A stretch of 64,000 nt of DNA from an uncultured Actinomycetota bacterium (GTDB lineage Bacteria; Actinomycetota; Actinomycetes; Propionibacteriales; Nocardioidaceae). The stretch is from positions 179,488-243,487 of the forward strand of contig CAWAGL010000008.1 in assembly GCA_963781515.1 (NCBI GenBank), written 5' to 3'. Both the position numbers and the translations under genes were made by a program. Positions 47,196 through 56,234 of this stretch are shown one piece after another (positions within the stretch are counted from its first letter, which is position 1; every line of letters starts with the position of its first letter). The notes beneath the pieces are model-generated. The model made no database searches. It saw only the letters and a list, made by a program, of their open reading frames with translations, and was not told where the DNA came from.

Positions 47196-47696
47196 TCAGA
47201 ACGAGCGGAAGTACCGGTTGGTGTCCTTGTGCCAGAGCAGGAGGACCAGCACCAGGCACAGCGCGATCGCGGCGTAGGAGAGCACCGCGAACAACACCGG
47301 CAGACCCAGTCGCACGACCACGGTCGCGGCGAGGATGCCGAACACCGCGGTGGCCGCCAGCGACAGCCGGGCCCACTCGTGACCCTCGACGAAGAAGGCG
47401 GTGAGCACCAGCACCAGCAGCGCGAAGACGGCGAAGAAGACGACGGCGAGGGGCACGAACGACGGTGCGATGGGACTGTCCTTGACCGCCTGCACCCCGC
47501 CCTCGGCGAGCAGCTTGCGGGCGGCGACGTTGCCCTCGGCCCAGGTGGCGATGACCTCGTCCTGGCGCACCCAGACCATCAGGGCGGCGAGCCCGGTGAC
47601 GACGACCAGCGCGAACAGCACCCGGACGGCGTTGATCACCGACTTCGGCCGCGCGGACGCAGTCGCGCCGGTCGGCTGGTTGGGCACGGTGGTCAT
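47196..47696 (-). CDS. hypothetical membrane protein (4 TM helices)
   Basis: ORF trimmed to the ATG at 47696 (MTTVPNQPTGATASARPKS...). There are four hydrophobic helices and no recognisable motif. Confidence 0.6.
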   Translation of the reverse strand: MTTVPNQPTGATASARPKSVINAVRVLFALVVVTGLAALMVWVRQDEVIATWAEGNVAARKLLAEGGVQAVKDSPIAPSFVPLAVVFFAVFALLVLVLTAFFVEGHEWARLSLAATAVFGILAATVVVRLGLPVLFAVLSYAAIALCLVLVLLLWHKDTNRYFRSF

Positions 47697-47776
47697 GCAT
47701 TCCCCCGAATGATCGACATGGTGGAGCAGGCAGCGGTGCCCGGCAGCTCGGCGGGACCAGTGACTAGGGTCGCACC

Positions 47777-48250
47777 ATGGCAAGTGAACACCCCTCCATC
47801 ACCTCTTTCCGGGCCGAGCACGCACGTCGCGGCGGAGCCGGCGACGTGGTCATTCTCCCTGACAGCGTCCACACCGCCGCACTCGCGGCCCAGGCACTCG
47901 GCTGCGAGGTCGGCGCCATCGCCAACAGCCTGCTCTTCGACGCGGGCGGCGCCCCGGTCCTGATCCTCACCTCCGGGGCCCACCGCGTCGACACCCACAA
48001 GGTCGCGCAGATCATCGGCACCCCTCCGCTCAAGCGCGCGAGCCCCGACTTCGTGCGCACCCACACCGGTCAGGTCATCGGCGGGGTCTCCCCCATCGCC
48101 CACCCCACGGCGGTGCCGACCTGGATCGACTCCTGGCTGCGCCGGTACGACGTCGTCTGGGCCGCCGCCGGCCATCCGGCCGCGGTCTTCTCGACCACGT
48201 TCACCGAGCTCGTCTCGATGACCGGCGCCACCGAGATCGACGTCGAGTGA
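47777..48250 (+). CDS. YbaK / aminoacyl-tRNA-synthetase-associated (trans-editing) domain protein
   Basis: 157 aa. SVHTAALAAQALGCEVGAIANSLLF...HTGQVIGGVSPIAH resembles the YbaK/ProX fold text. Confidence 0.7.
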   Translation: MASEHPSITSFRAEHARRGGAGDVVILPDSVHTAALAAQALGCEVGAIANSLLFDAGGAPVLILTSGAHRVDTHKVAQIIGTPPLKRASPDFVRTHTGQVIGGVSPIAHPTAVPTWIDSWLRRYDVVWAAAGHPAAVFSTTFTELVSMTGATEIDVE

Positions 48251-48645
48251 GGGACCGGCCCGTGGAGATCTGGCTGAACCCCGCATGCGGCAAGTGCCGC
48301 ACCGCCGTGGCCGCGCTCGACGAGGCCGGGGTCGCGCACACCGTGCGGCGCTACCTCGACGACGTACCCACCGTCGACGAGCTCGCCTCGGTCGTGGCCC
48401 GCCTGGGCGTCGAGCCCTGGCACATCGCCCGCGACAAGGAGGCTCGCGAGGCCGGCATCGACCTGCCGCGCGAGCCGGACCACCGGGACGCCTGGTTGGC
48501 GGCGCTGGTCGCGCACCCCCGCGCCATCCAGCGGCCGATCGTCACGGCCGCCGACGGCACGACGGTGGTCGCCCGCGACGCCGAGACGCTCACCCGGGTC
48601 ATTTCTCACGCGCAGGGGCAACCCGGGGACCCGGCCACGGCGTAG
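48247..48645 (+). CDS. ArsC/Spx-family thioredoxin-fold protein
   Basis: N-terminal IWLNPACGKCR (CxxC) and the C-terminal LVAHPRAIQRPIV block. GTGA overlap with the upstream stop. Confidence 0.75.
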   Translation: MRDRPVEIWLNPACGKCRTAVAALDEAGVAHTVRRYLDDVPTVDELASVVARLGVEPWHIARDKEAREAGIDLPREPDHRDAWLAALVAHPRAIQRPIVTAADGTTVVARDAETLTRVISHAQGQPGDPATA

Positions 48646-48685
48646 GTGGGGTGACACCCACCGGTCGACAAGGAGCACATCCTCG

Positions 48686-49180
48686 ATGCGTCGAGAGCAA
48701 CGCGAAGCGGACTTCACCGAGTTCTACCTCGCCCGTCGCACGACCCTGCGCCGGACGGCGTACCTCATCGTGCGCGACTGGCACACCGCCGAGGACCTCG
48801 TCCAGCAGGCGATGGTCAAGGTGTACGCCGCCTGGCCGCGGGTGCGAAGGCACTCGGCCGAGGCGTTCGCGCGCAAGGTCGTCGTCAACGAGTGCCTCAG
48901 CCAGCTCCGCCGACGGCGCGACGTGCCCGTCGAGCACCTGCCCGACCGAGCCGTCACGAGCGACGACGCGTCGCCCCTCGATGTCGGTGCCGCGCTCGAC
49001 CTGCTCGCGCCACGGCAGCGGGCGATCATCGCGCTGAGGTTCGTCGACGACCTCTCGGTGGCCGACGTCGCCCAGGCCCTGGCCATCACCGAGGGCACCG
49101 TCAAGAGCCAGACCGCCAAGGCGCTGGCCACCCTGCGTACCCACCTGCCCTCACTCGTCCTGATCGAGGAGTCCCGATGA
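48686..49180 (+). CDS. ECF (SigE-type) RNA polymerase sigma factor
   Basis: Region 2 text FYLARRTTLRRTAYLIVRDWHTAEDLVQQAMVKVY and region 4 text LRFVDDLSVADVAQALAITEGTVKSQ. Confidence 0.88.
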   Translation: MRREQREADFTEFYLARRTTLRRTAYLIVRDWHTAEDLVQQAMVKVYAAWPRVRRHSAEAFARKVVVNECLSQLRRRRDVPVEHLPDRAVTSDDASPLDVGAALDLLAPRQRAIIALRFVDDLSVADVAQALAITEGTVKSQTAKALATLRTHLPSLVLIEESR

Positions 49181-50106
49181 CCGAGCACGACCTCACCACC
49201 CTCGTCCGCGACCACGTGGCGTCCGACGAGCCGCCCTTCCGCCACACCGACGCCGACGTCCTCACCCACGGACGCCGCGTCGTCCGTCGCCGCCGCGGAC
49301 TGGCCGGCCTGGCCGGTCTGGCCGCACTGACGCTGGCCGCGGTCGCGCTCCCCACGCCGGGGTCCGACGCGCCCGACCACGAGCGCGTCGTGGACCCGGC
49401 GATCAGCCGGTCCCTCGACGCCTACGACGCGGCGCAGATGCCACACATCATCGACGCACACGCCCGGACGATCCTCAGCACGTCGGTGCCCGATCTCGGG
49501 CCGGCCAGGTTCGTGGCGTCCGACGCGCAGGGGCAGAAGCTGCCCGCGCGCTTCTGGAGCCGGGCCAGCGCCCTCTTCACCGGCTACGGCACCGACTCCG
49601 AGCACCGGATCTCGATCGACCTCAGCCACTCCCGCAGCGCGGCCGAGGGCGACCCCGAGACCTACTGCGGCGACGGCCTCGCAGCCGGCGACTACTTCGA
49701 GTGCACGGTCGACCGCACCGTCGACGGCGACGTCGTCGTCACCACCTTGGCTGCGATGCGGCCGATGGGCGGCGCCCCCGGGCGGCAGGCCTGGCTCGAC
49801 GACTTCCAGGCCGTGACCGCCGACGAGATCTCCGGGACCGACCCCGACCGCCTGTGGTTCTCGCACACCGTCAAGGTCATCAAGTCCGAGACGTTCGTGA
49901 CCTACACCAGCGAGGTCGTCCGGGCGCCCGACCTCACGACGGCTCGCGAGCGACTCGTCGTACCCGCAGGCGACCTCGCCCGTGTCGGCCTCGACCCGGC
50001 ACTCGTCATGCCCGTGCCACCACGCGGCGACAACGGCTGCCCGACGTGGACGATGCCGACCGCGGAGATGGGCGAGATCAGCTGCACCGACGATGAGGGT
50101 GAGTGA
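49177..50106 (+). CDS. membrane-anchored protein co-transcribed with the ECF sigma (candidate anti-sigma / sensor)
   Basis: ATG at 49177 overlaps the sigma stop (ATGA). About 40 cytoplasmic residues are followed by a TM helix (LAGLAGLAALTLAAVAL) and a ~250-aa extracytoplasmic domain with 4 Cys. No HxxxCxxC zinc motif is present. Confidence 0.65.
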   Translation: MTEHDLTTLVRDHVASDEPPFRHTDADVLTHGRRVVRRRRGLAGLAGLAALTLAAVALPTPGSDAPDHERVVDPAISRSLDAYDAAQMPHIIDAHARTILSTSVPDLGPARFVASDAQGQKLPARFWSRASALFTGYGTDSEHRISIDLSHSRSAAEGDPETYCGDGLAAGDYFECTVDRTVDGDVVVTTLAAMRPMGGAPGRQAWLDDFQAVTADEISGTDPDRLWFSHTVKVIKSETFVTYTSEVVRAPDLTTARERLVVPAGDLARVGLDPALVMPVPPRGDNGCPTWTMPTAEMGEISCTDDEGE

Positions 50107-50141
50107 CTCGTCGACCGATGCGGTCCACCTAGTCTTCGCCC

Positions 50142-51458
50142 ATGCGCATCGTGGTGATCGGCGGCGGCTTCGGCGGACTGGCGTCGGCGGCCCGGCTGGC
50201 CAAGATCGGCCACCAGGTCACCCTGGTCGAGCAGGCACCCACGCTCGGTGGTGCGTTGGGCACCCGCACGCAGGACGGCTTCTCCTGGGACGCCGGACCC
50301 ACCACGACGCTGCTGCCCGCCGTGGTCCGCGACCTGTTCCGCAAGACCGGCCGCCCGCTGGAGCGTGAGCTCGAGCTGGAGCCGGTCGACCCGGTCCGCG
50401 AGCACCGCTTCGCCGACGGCACCACGCTGGCGCTGCCGGGTGGCTCCCGGGCCGCCCAGACCGCGGCGTTCGACGGTCTCGGGGCCGGCCTCGGCAAGGA
50501 GTGGACGGCGTACGTCGACCGGCTCGGCGACGACTGGGAGGTGCTGCGGCGGGACTACCTCGAACGTCCTTGGGACCCCGCCATGGCCCCGAAGGAGCTC
50601 GGGGTGCTGCTGTCCAGCCGCGACGTGCTGCACAAGCGACTCCGGCGGTCGTTCACCGACGAGCGGCTGCGCCTGGTGGCCGGACACCCGCTGCTCACCG
50701 ACGGTCACGACCTGCGCAACGTGCCGGCCTGGGCCGGCGTCGTCACCTACCTCGAGCAGCGGTTCGGCGCCTGGCGGGTGCCGGGCGGGATGGCGGCGCT
50801 GGGCGTCGCCCTGGGTGGCCGCCTCCGGACCCGCGGGGTGGAGGTCCTGGTCTCGACCCGGGCCCTGGACCTCGTGCTTCGCGAGGGCCGGTGCGTCGCG
50901 GTGAGCACGACCGCCGGCCCGCTCGACGCCGACGCAGTGGTCTGCGCGATCGACCCGCGGCGGCTGCCCGCGCTGGCGCCGTACGTGCGAGCCACGATGC
51001 CCGCCATCCCGCCGGTCATCGCGCACGTCGGCCTCGACGACCAGGCGCCCGACCTGCCGGGCGAGGTGGTGCTGCACGGCAACGACCCGGTCAAGGAGCC
51101 GGTGCTGGTGGTGCGACCCGGCGGCACCGCTCCGGACGGCAGGCAGGCCTGGACCGTGCTCGGGCGGGGCCGCCTGGCGGAGGACGTGCTGGTCGCGCTC
51201 GCCCGCCGCGGTCTCGACGTCCGCCAGCGTCTGGTCACGCGCCTGGACCTGAGCCCGCGTGACCTCGTCGACGACTGGGGCGGCTCGCCGCTGGGCGTCC
51301 TGTGGCAGGGCAGGTCGACGGTCACCAGACGGCTGGGCCCGGCCACGCCGATCGCGGGCGTGTACGCCGCAGGGGCCCATGCCACTCCGGGCTCGGGGCT
51401 GCCGTACGTCGGACTCTCGGCTGCGCTGGTCGCGCAGGCGGTCGGCCCCGCACGCTGA
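50142..51458 (+). CDS. FAD/NAD(P)-dependent oxidoreductase, phytoene desaturase (CrtI)-like
   Basis: N-terminal Rossmann motif MRIVVIGGGFGGLASAARLA...LVEQ...GG and a C-terminal GAHATPGSGLPYV block. Confidence 0.8.
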   Translation: MRIVVIGGGFGGLASAARLAKIGHQVTLVEQAPTLGGALGTRTQDGFSWDAGPTTTLLPAVVRDLFRKTGRPLERELELEPVDPVREHRFADGTTLALPGGSRAAQTAAFDGLGAGLGKEWTAYVDRLGDDWEVLRRDYLERPWDPAMAPKELGVLLSSRDVLHKRLRRSFTDERLRLVAGHPLLTDGHDLRNVPAWAGVVTYLEQRFGAWRVPGGMAALGVALGGRLRTRGVEVLVSTRALDLVLREGRCVAVSTTAGPLDADAVVCAIDPRRLPALAPYVRATMPAIPPVIAHVGLDDQAPDLPGEVVLHGNDPVKEPVLVVRPGGTAPDGRQAWTVLGRGRLAEDVLVALARRGLDVRQRLVTRLDLSPRDLVDDWGGSPLGVLWQGRSTVTRRLGPATPIAGVYAAGAHATPGSGLPYVGLSAALVAQAVGPAR

Positions 51459-51490
51459 GCAACGCCTGGCCACGCCGGGCCACGCCGGGC

Positions 51491-52087
51491 TCAGAGCAGC
51501 TCGAACGTCACCGTGACTCCGGCGCCGATCCGGGTCTCGCCCGGCTCGATCCTCGCCGTCTCCATGGCGGCGGCCCGACCGGGTTCGGTCGGCCGCCCTA
51601 CCCCGCCCTCCACCACGTGCTGGACGGCGCCCAGCGTGACGTCGCTGAGGGCCGCGAGGTGCTCGGCGCGCTCCCGGGCGTCGGCGTACGCCGCCTCGCG
51701 CGCCTGGCCCTGGGCCGCCACCGGGTCGGACACCTCGAGCGAGACGCCGTCGAGCTGGAGGGCGTCACCGACCTGCTCGGCGAGCTCGGTCAGCATCGCC
51801 CCGGCGGCGACGAGGTCGGGGCAGCCGATCGCGAGCCCGTGCCGGGCCTCGAAGCCCCGCGCCTCGCCCTGGTCGTCGTGCCAGGTCCAGACGTTGATGC
51901 CCTGCGAGGCGATGTGCCGCGCCTCGGTGTGCGTCCGGGCGACCTCGCCGATCCGAGCCACCGAGGCGGTCACGGCGGCGAAGGCCTCGGCGACGCCGGC
52001 AGCTCGCTGGACGGCCGCTACCCGGACCACCGCGGAGTCGGGGACGACCCGGGCCGAGCCCTGGCCGGTGACGGTGACGGTGCGCAT
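51491..52087 (-). CDS. SIMPL (DUF541) domain protein
   Basis: ORF 51491..52162 trimmed to the ATG at 52087 (MRTVTVTGQGSARVVPDSAVV...), a typical SIMPL opening. The longer ORF would read through the palindromic element. Confidence 0.7.
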   Translation of the reverse strand: MRTVTVTGQGSARVVPDSAVVRVAAVQRAAGVAEAFAAVTASVARIGEVARTHTEARHIASQGINVWTWHDDQGEARGFEARHGLAIGCPDLVAAGAMLTELAEQVGDALQLDGVSLEVSDPVAAQGQAREAAYADARERAEHLAALSDVTLGAVQHVVEGGVGRPTEPGRAAAMETARIEPGETRIGAGVTVTFELL

Positions 52088-52118
52088 GGTGCCGACGTTA
52101 GCGCGGCGTACGACCGGG

Positions 52119-52177
52119 TAGTCCAGTCGGAACTTGTCGTCCGGGGTGCCCGAGACCGACAAGAGGCGACTGGACTA
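52119..52177. repeat. 59-nt palindromic element, copy B
   Basis: TAGTCCAGTCG...CGACTGGACTA termini are identical to copy A, and the inner stem is CTTGTCG / CGACAAG. It lies 22 nt after the metF stop and 31 nt before the SIMPL ATG. Confidence 0.85.
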
Positions 52178-52199
52178 TCGGGGCGGGCGGCGGGGCGCG

Positions 52200-53090
52200 T
52201 CAGACGGGGAGGCGGAGGGCGGCGAAGATCTCGCGCGTGGCCTTCGACCGGTTGAGCGTGTAGAAGTGCAGGCCGGGGGCGCCGGCCTCGAGGAGTGCGT
52301 CGCAGAGCTCGGTGGCGATGGCGATGCCCTCGGTGCGCAGCGCGGCGGGGTCGTCGGCGAGCGGCATGATGCGCGCGAGGGTCTCGGCGGGCATCTCGCG
52401 ACCGGACATGTGCACCATGCGCTTCATGGAGGCGAGGTTCAAGATCGGCATCACGCCGGGGATGATCGGGAAGTCCACGCCCAGCGCCTCGGCCCGCTCG
52501 ACCAGGCCCACGTAGTCGCTGGCCCGCAGCACCATCTCCGTCACCGCGAACTCCGCGCCGGCGTCGTACTTCGCTTTCAGCGCCAACGCATCGGCGTCGA
52601 GGCTCTCGGCGTCGCGGTGGCCCTCCGGGAAGGCGGCGACGCCGACCGACAGGTCGGCGGTCTCCTTGATGAACGCGACCAGGTCGGAGGCGTAGGTGAG
52701 GCCGCCCTCGGTCGGCGCCCACGGGGTGCCCGGCCCCTCGGGCGGGTCGCCGCGCAGCGCCAGCACGTTGCGTACGCCGGCCCGCTCGAGCTCGGCGAGG
52801 ATCCCGGCGATCTCGCCGGTGGTGTGGCCGACGCAGGTCAGGTGGGCCATGGGGAGCATCGAGGTCTCGCGGGCGATGCGCCCGGTGATGGCCACGGTGC
52901 GCTCGCGGGTGCCTCCGCCGGCGCCGTACGTCACGGAGACGAAGGTCGGGCCGAGCGGCTCCAGCTCACTGATCGAGCGCCACAGCACCTGCTCGCCGTC
53001 GTCGTCCTTGGGCGGGAAGAACTCGAACGAGAAGGACCGCCCGCCCTCACGGACGAGGTCGCCGATGCTGCGGGACCGGTTGTTGCTCAT
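52200..53090 (-). CDS. metF: methylenetetrahydrofolate reductase
   Basis: 296 aa. FSFEFFPPK, VTYGAGG and HFYTLN blocks are typical of MetF. Confidence 0.92.
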   Translation of the reverse strand: MSNNRSRSIGDLVREGGRSFSFEFFPPKDDDGEQVLWRSISELEPLGPTFVSVTYGAGGGTRERTVAITGRIARETSMLPMAHLTCVGHTTGEIAGILAELERAGVRNVLALRGDPPEGPGTPWAPTEGGLTYASDLVAFIKETADLSVGVAAFPEGHRDAESLDADALALKAKYDAGAEFAVTEMVLRASDYVGLVERAEALGVDFPIIPGVMPILNLASMKRMVHMSGREMPAETLARIMPLADDPAALRTEGIAIATELCDALLEAGAPGLHFYTLNRSKATREIFAALRLPV

Positions 53091-53153
53091 GACGCAATCC
53101 TAGGCAGGGGGCGGCCCCCGACCGCGCATCGTCCACTGGCTAGTCTCAGCCGG

Positions 53154-54233
53154 GTGAGTGCCCCGCCCCCCGCTTCCGGCTGGGACGCCGACGGCTTCCG
53201 ATCCGCTGTGCAGGCGGCCCTGGACGCGTTCCTCGATGACCAGACCGAGCGGCTGGCGCCCCTCGGAGCCGACGCCGCACGCCTCCTGGCCGAGGCCCGT
53301 GCGAGCGTGAGCGGCGGCAAGAGGTTCCGGGCTGCGTTCTGCTACTGGGGCTACCGCGCCGTGCGCGAGCCGGTCGACGAGGCGGCACTCGTCCGCGCCT
53401 GCGGAGCCCTCGAGCTGCTGCACGCGAGCGCGCTCGTGCACGACGACTACATGGACGCGAGCGACACCCGGCGGGGACGACCGGCCACGCACCGCACCTT
53501 CGAGACCGAACACCGCGCGGCAGGGTGGCGTGGCAACCCCGAGCAGTACGGCGCCTCGGCGGCGATCCTGCTCGGCGACCTCCTCCTCGCCTGGTCCGAC
53601 GAGATGCTGCGTCGCTGCGGGCTCCCCGGTGACGACGTGACGCGCGCACTGCACCTGTTCGACCTGTGCCGCACCGAGGTGATCGCCGGCCAGTTCCTCG
53701 ACGTGTCGGTGCAGGCACGCGGGCGGGCCGACGTGGACACGGCGATGACGGTGCTGCGGTTCAAGTCGGCGAAGTACTCCATCCAGCGGCCGCTGCACAT
53801 CGGTGCCGCGCTGGCCGGGGCGGACGCCACGACGATGGACGTGCTGGGCGGGTTCGGGCTGCCGCTCGGGGAGGCCTTCCAGCTGCGCGACGACCTGCTC
53901 GGGGTCTTCGGCGACCCGGAGGTCACCGGCAAGCCCGCCGGGGACGACCTGGTCGAGGGCAAGCGCACCGTGCTCGTCGCGCTGGCTCTCGACGCAGCGG
54001 ATCGCGACGACGCCGCGCTGCTCGACGCGTCGCTCGGCACCGCCCTCTCCACCAGCGACGTCGACACGCTGCGCGGGGTGATCGACGCGTCGGGGGCGCA
54101 CGCCCAGGTGGAGGAGGTCATCGGGGCGCTCGCCGACCGGGCCCTGACCACGCTCGACGGTGCCCGGATCGACGAGGCGGCCCGCGGTGTGCTCCGGCAG
54201 CTGGCCGCGGCCGCCACCCAGCGCGTCGTCTGA
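53154..54233 (+). CDS. idsA: polyprenyl (geranylgeranyl) diphosphate synthase
   Basis: ORF trimmed to GTG at 53154. First aspartate-rich motif LVHDDYMD, and a second in FQLRDDLLGVFGD. Confidence 0.88.
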   Translation: MSAPPPASGWDADGFRSAVQAALDAFLDDQTERLAPLGADAARLLAEARASVSGGKRFRAAFCYWGYRAVREPVDEAALVRACGALELLHASALVHDDYMDASDTRRGRPATHRTFETEHRAAGWRGNPEQYGASAAILLGDLLLAWSDEMLRRCGLPGDDVTRALHLFDLCRTEVIAGQFLDVSVQARGRADVDTAMTVLRFKSAKYSIQRPLHIGAALAGADATTMDVLGGFGLPLGEAFQLRDDLLGVFGDPEVTGKPAGDDLVEGKRTVLVALALDAADRDDAALLDASLGTALSTSDVDTLRGVIDASGAHAQVEEVIGALADRALTTLDGARIDEAARGVLRQLAAAATQRVV

Positions 54234-54294
54234 GCCGACCAGAGCTCGGACGGGGCTCGGACGGGACTCGATGCTCCGGCGCGTCCAGCAGGTC

Positions 54295-54729
54295 CTAGTC
54301 GAGGCTGGTGACGCCCGGCAGCTCGGGGCCCTCGCCACGCAGCAGCACCGAGAACGGTCCGCCCCGCTCGGCGTTGACCCGGGTGCCGAGCACGCTCAGC
54401 GCGACGCTGAAGGCCCGCTCGTCGGCGCGGGCGAAGGGGCCCCAGCCCTCCCAGAGGACCACGACGCCCTCCGCCTCGCCACCGTCCACGTCGGAGAGCA
54501 GGTCGGCGAGGGCGTCGAAGTTCTGCCCGTAGTAGTCGGGGAACCCGAGCGCCGTCCCGATGCCCGCGAGGAACTCCTGCTTCGACTCGGTGCCGACGCC
54601 GTCGAGGTGGACGAACCGCCAGCCCGCGTGCTCGACGCTGTGCCGCACGTCGGCGGCGGGGAAGGCGCCGTGCCAGGTGTAGATGCCGGCGGGCGCGTGC
54701 CCGGCCAGCAGCGCCGCCAGTCCACTCAT
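54295..54729 (-). CDS. barstar-family ribonuclease inhibitor
   Basis: 144 aa. ESKQEFLAGIGTALGFPDYYGQNFDALADLLSD is the barstar core text. 4-nt overlap with the upstream RNase gene. Confidence 0.8.
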   Translation of the reverse strand: MSGLAALLAGHAPAGIYTWHGAFPAADVRHSVEHAGWRFVHLDGVGTESKQEFLAGIGTALGFPDYYGQNFDALADLLSDVDGGEAEGVVVLWEGWGPFARADERAFSVALSVLGTRVNAERGGPFSVLLRGEGPELPGVTSLD

Positions 54730-55127
54730 CGGACGATCCTCTCGAAGCTGCTGTAGTGGTCCTCGGTCCAGTAGAGCTCGGCCTGCTCCCCCGCCACGAT
54801 GCGCCGGGCGCCGCGGTCCTCGGAGCCGGGCGTGGGCACGGTGTACTCCCGGTAGTAGCCGTCGGTCCGGTCGGGCAGCAGGCCCTCGAAGTTGCCGAAC
54901 GTGGAGCCGTCCCTGCCCGGGTACGGGAACGGCCCGCCCGCGTCGATCAGCTCGACGGTGGTCGCCGCCTCGGGCGGCAGCGCCGAGAGCTCGACGAACG
55001 GCAACCTGCTCGTGAAGTCGTTGCCGGAGCTCGTCGGCTCGGGGTCGGTGTCACCGCGGGCCCACCAGATCAGCCCGAGCACCAGGACCGCGATCACGAG
55101 TCCGAGCAGCGCCCGCTTCTTGCTCAT
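54726..55127 (-). CDS. secreted guanyl-specific ribonuclease (RNase Sa / barnase-N1/T1 family)
   Basis: Signal/anchor MSKKRALLGLVIAVLVLGLIWW. Catalytic region YYREYTVPTPGSEDRGARRIV...YWTEDHYSSFERI. Confidence 0.82.
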   Translation of the reverse strand: MSKKRALLGLVIAVLVLGLIWWARGDTDPEPTSSGNDFTSRLPFVELSALPPEAATTVELIDAGGPFPYPGRDGSTFGNFEGLLPDRTDGYYREYTVPTPGSEDRGARRIVAGEQAELYWTEDHYSSFERIVR

Positions 55128-55165
55128 GCCCAGCGACCCTAGCGGTGCCGGGAGCGGCCAGCCGG

Positions 55166-55564
55166 TCAGAACGCCATCGACTGGGCCCGGCGCTTGACCT
55201 CGGAGCCGCGGTTCTCACGCAGCGCGTCGATCGGCCGGCCGGGCAGCTCGAGGTCGGTGAACAGCCAGGCGATGCTCTCGCGGTCGTCGTACCCGCCGTC
55301 GTGCAGCACCGTGAGCAGACCGGGCAGGCCCTTGACGACCAGGCCGTCCTGCACGAAGTCGGCGGGCACCTGCTGGCCGGCGCCCGCGGAGGGTACGGCG
55401 GCAGCGAGCTCGTGGTCGCGGATCATCGTGCGGACCCGGCTGACCGAGACGCCCAGGCGGCGGCCGGTCTCGGCCCAGTCGATCCACTCGGGCACCAGCA
55501 CGGACAGGTCGGGCTCGTCACTCATGGGGACAACTGTGCCACTGCCGGGCGCGTCATCAGACAT
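55166..55564 (-). CDS. Rv2175c-family DNA-binding protein
   Basis: LSVLVPEWIDWAETGRRLGVSVSRVRTMIRDHEL (wHTH) and a C-terminal RPIDALRENRGSEV block. The ATG overlaps the npdG stop by 8 nt; an alternative ATG lies at 55525. Confidence 0.75.
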   Translation of the reverse strand: MSDDAPGSGTVVPMSDEPDLSVLVPEWIDWAETGRRLGVSVSRVRTMIRDHELAAAVPSAGAGQQVPADFVQDGLVVKGLPGLLTVLHDGGYDDRESIAWLFTDLELPGRPIDALRENRGSEVKRRAQSMAF

Positions 55565-56234
55565 CCGAGACCTTCACGCCGGCGTGAGCCTGGTAACGGC
55601 GGTTGATGCTGATCAGGTTGGCGGTCAGCGCCTCGACCTGGTGGGCGTTGCGCAACCGGCCGGCGAAGACCCCCCGGATGCCCGGGATCGCGTCGGCCAG
55701 GGCCTGCACCAGGTCGGTCGCCCCACGGTCGTCACCGAGCACCAGCACGTCGGTGTCGACGCTGGTCACCTCGGGGTCGTCCAGCAGCGCCGCGCTGACG
55801 TGGTGGAACGCCGCCACGACGGTCGCACCCGGCAGCACCCCCTGGGCCTGCTGCGCCGCCGAGCCCTCCTCGACGGGAAGCGCGAAGGCGCCCTGCTTGT
55901 CGAAGCCGAGCGGGTTGACGCAGTCGACGACCACCTTGCCGGCCAGCAGCGGCGCGAGCTCGTCCAGCAGGTCGCGGTGCCCGTCCCACGGCACGGCCAC
56001 GACGACGACGTCACCCTGCTCGGCGGCCGTCGCGTTGTCGGCGCCACGCACCGTGCCCCCGGTCGCGGCAGCGAGCTCGGCGGCCGTCTCGGCTGCCCGC
56101 TCGGCGCTCCGGCTGCCGATCACGACCGGGATGCCGGCGGCGGCCCAGCGGCGCGCGAGGCCTCGCCCTTGGGGTCCGGTCCCACCGAGCACGGCGACGG
56201 TGCGACCGCTGAGGTCCACGGGCGTTGAGGTCAT
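55557..56234 (-). CDS. npdG: NADPH-dependent F420 reductase (NpdG-like)
   Basis: ORF trimmed to the ATG at 56234 (MTSTPVDLSGRTVAVLGGTGPQGRGLA). Rossmann fold, 225 aa. Confidence 0.8.
   Translation of the reverse strand: MTSTPVDLSGRTVAVLGGTGPQGRGLARRWAAAGIPVVIGSRSAERAAETAAELAAATGGTVRGADNATAAEQGDVVVVAVPWDGHRDLLDELAPLLAGKVVVDCVNPLGFDKQGAFALPVEEGSAAQQAQGVLPGATVVAAFHHVSAALLDDPEVTSVDTDVLVLGDDRGATDLVQALADAIPGIRGVFAGRLRNAHQVEALTANLISINRRYQAHAGVKVSDV

Noticed and set aside
52088-52162. The upstream part of the SIMPL ORF (MSVSGTPDDKFRLDYPVVRRANVGT).
   Set aside because: It would be translated from inside the 59-nt palindromic element. The SIMPL family normally begins like MRTVTVTG, so I start the gene at 52087, though the SD there is weak.
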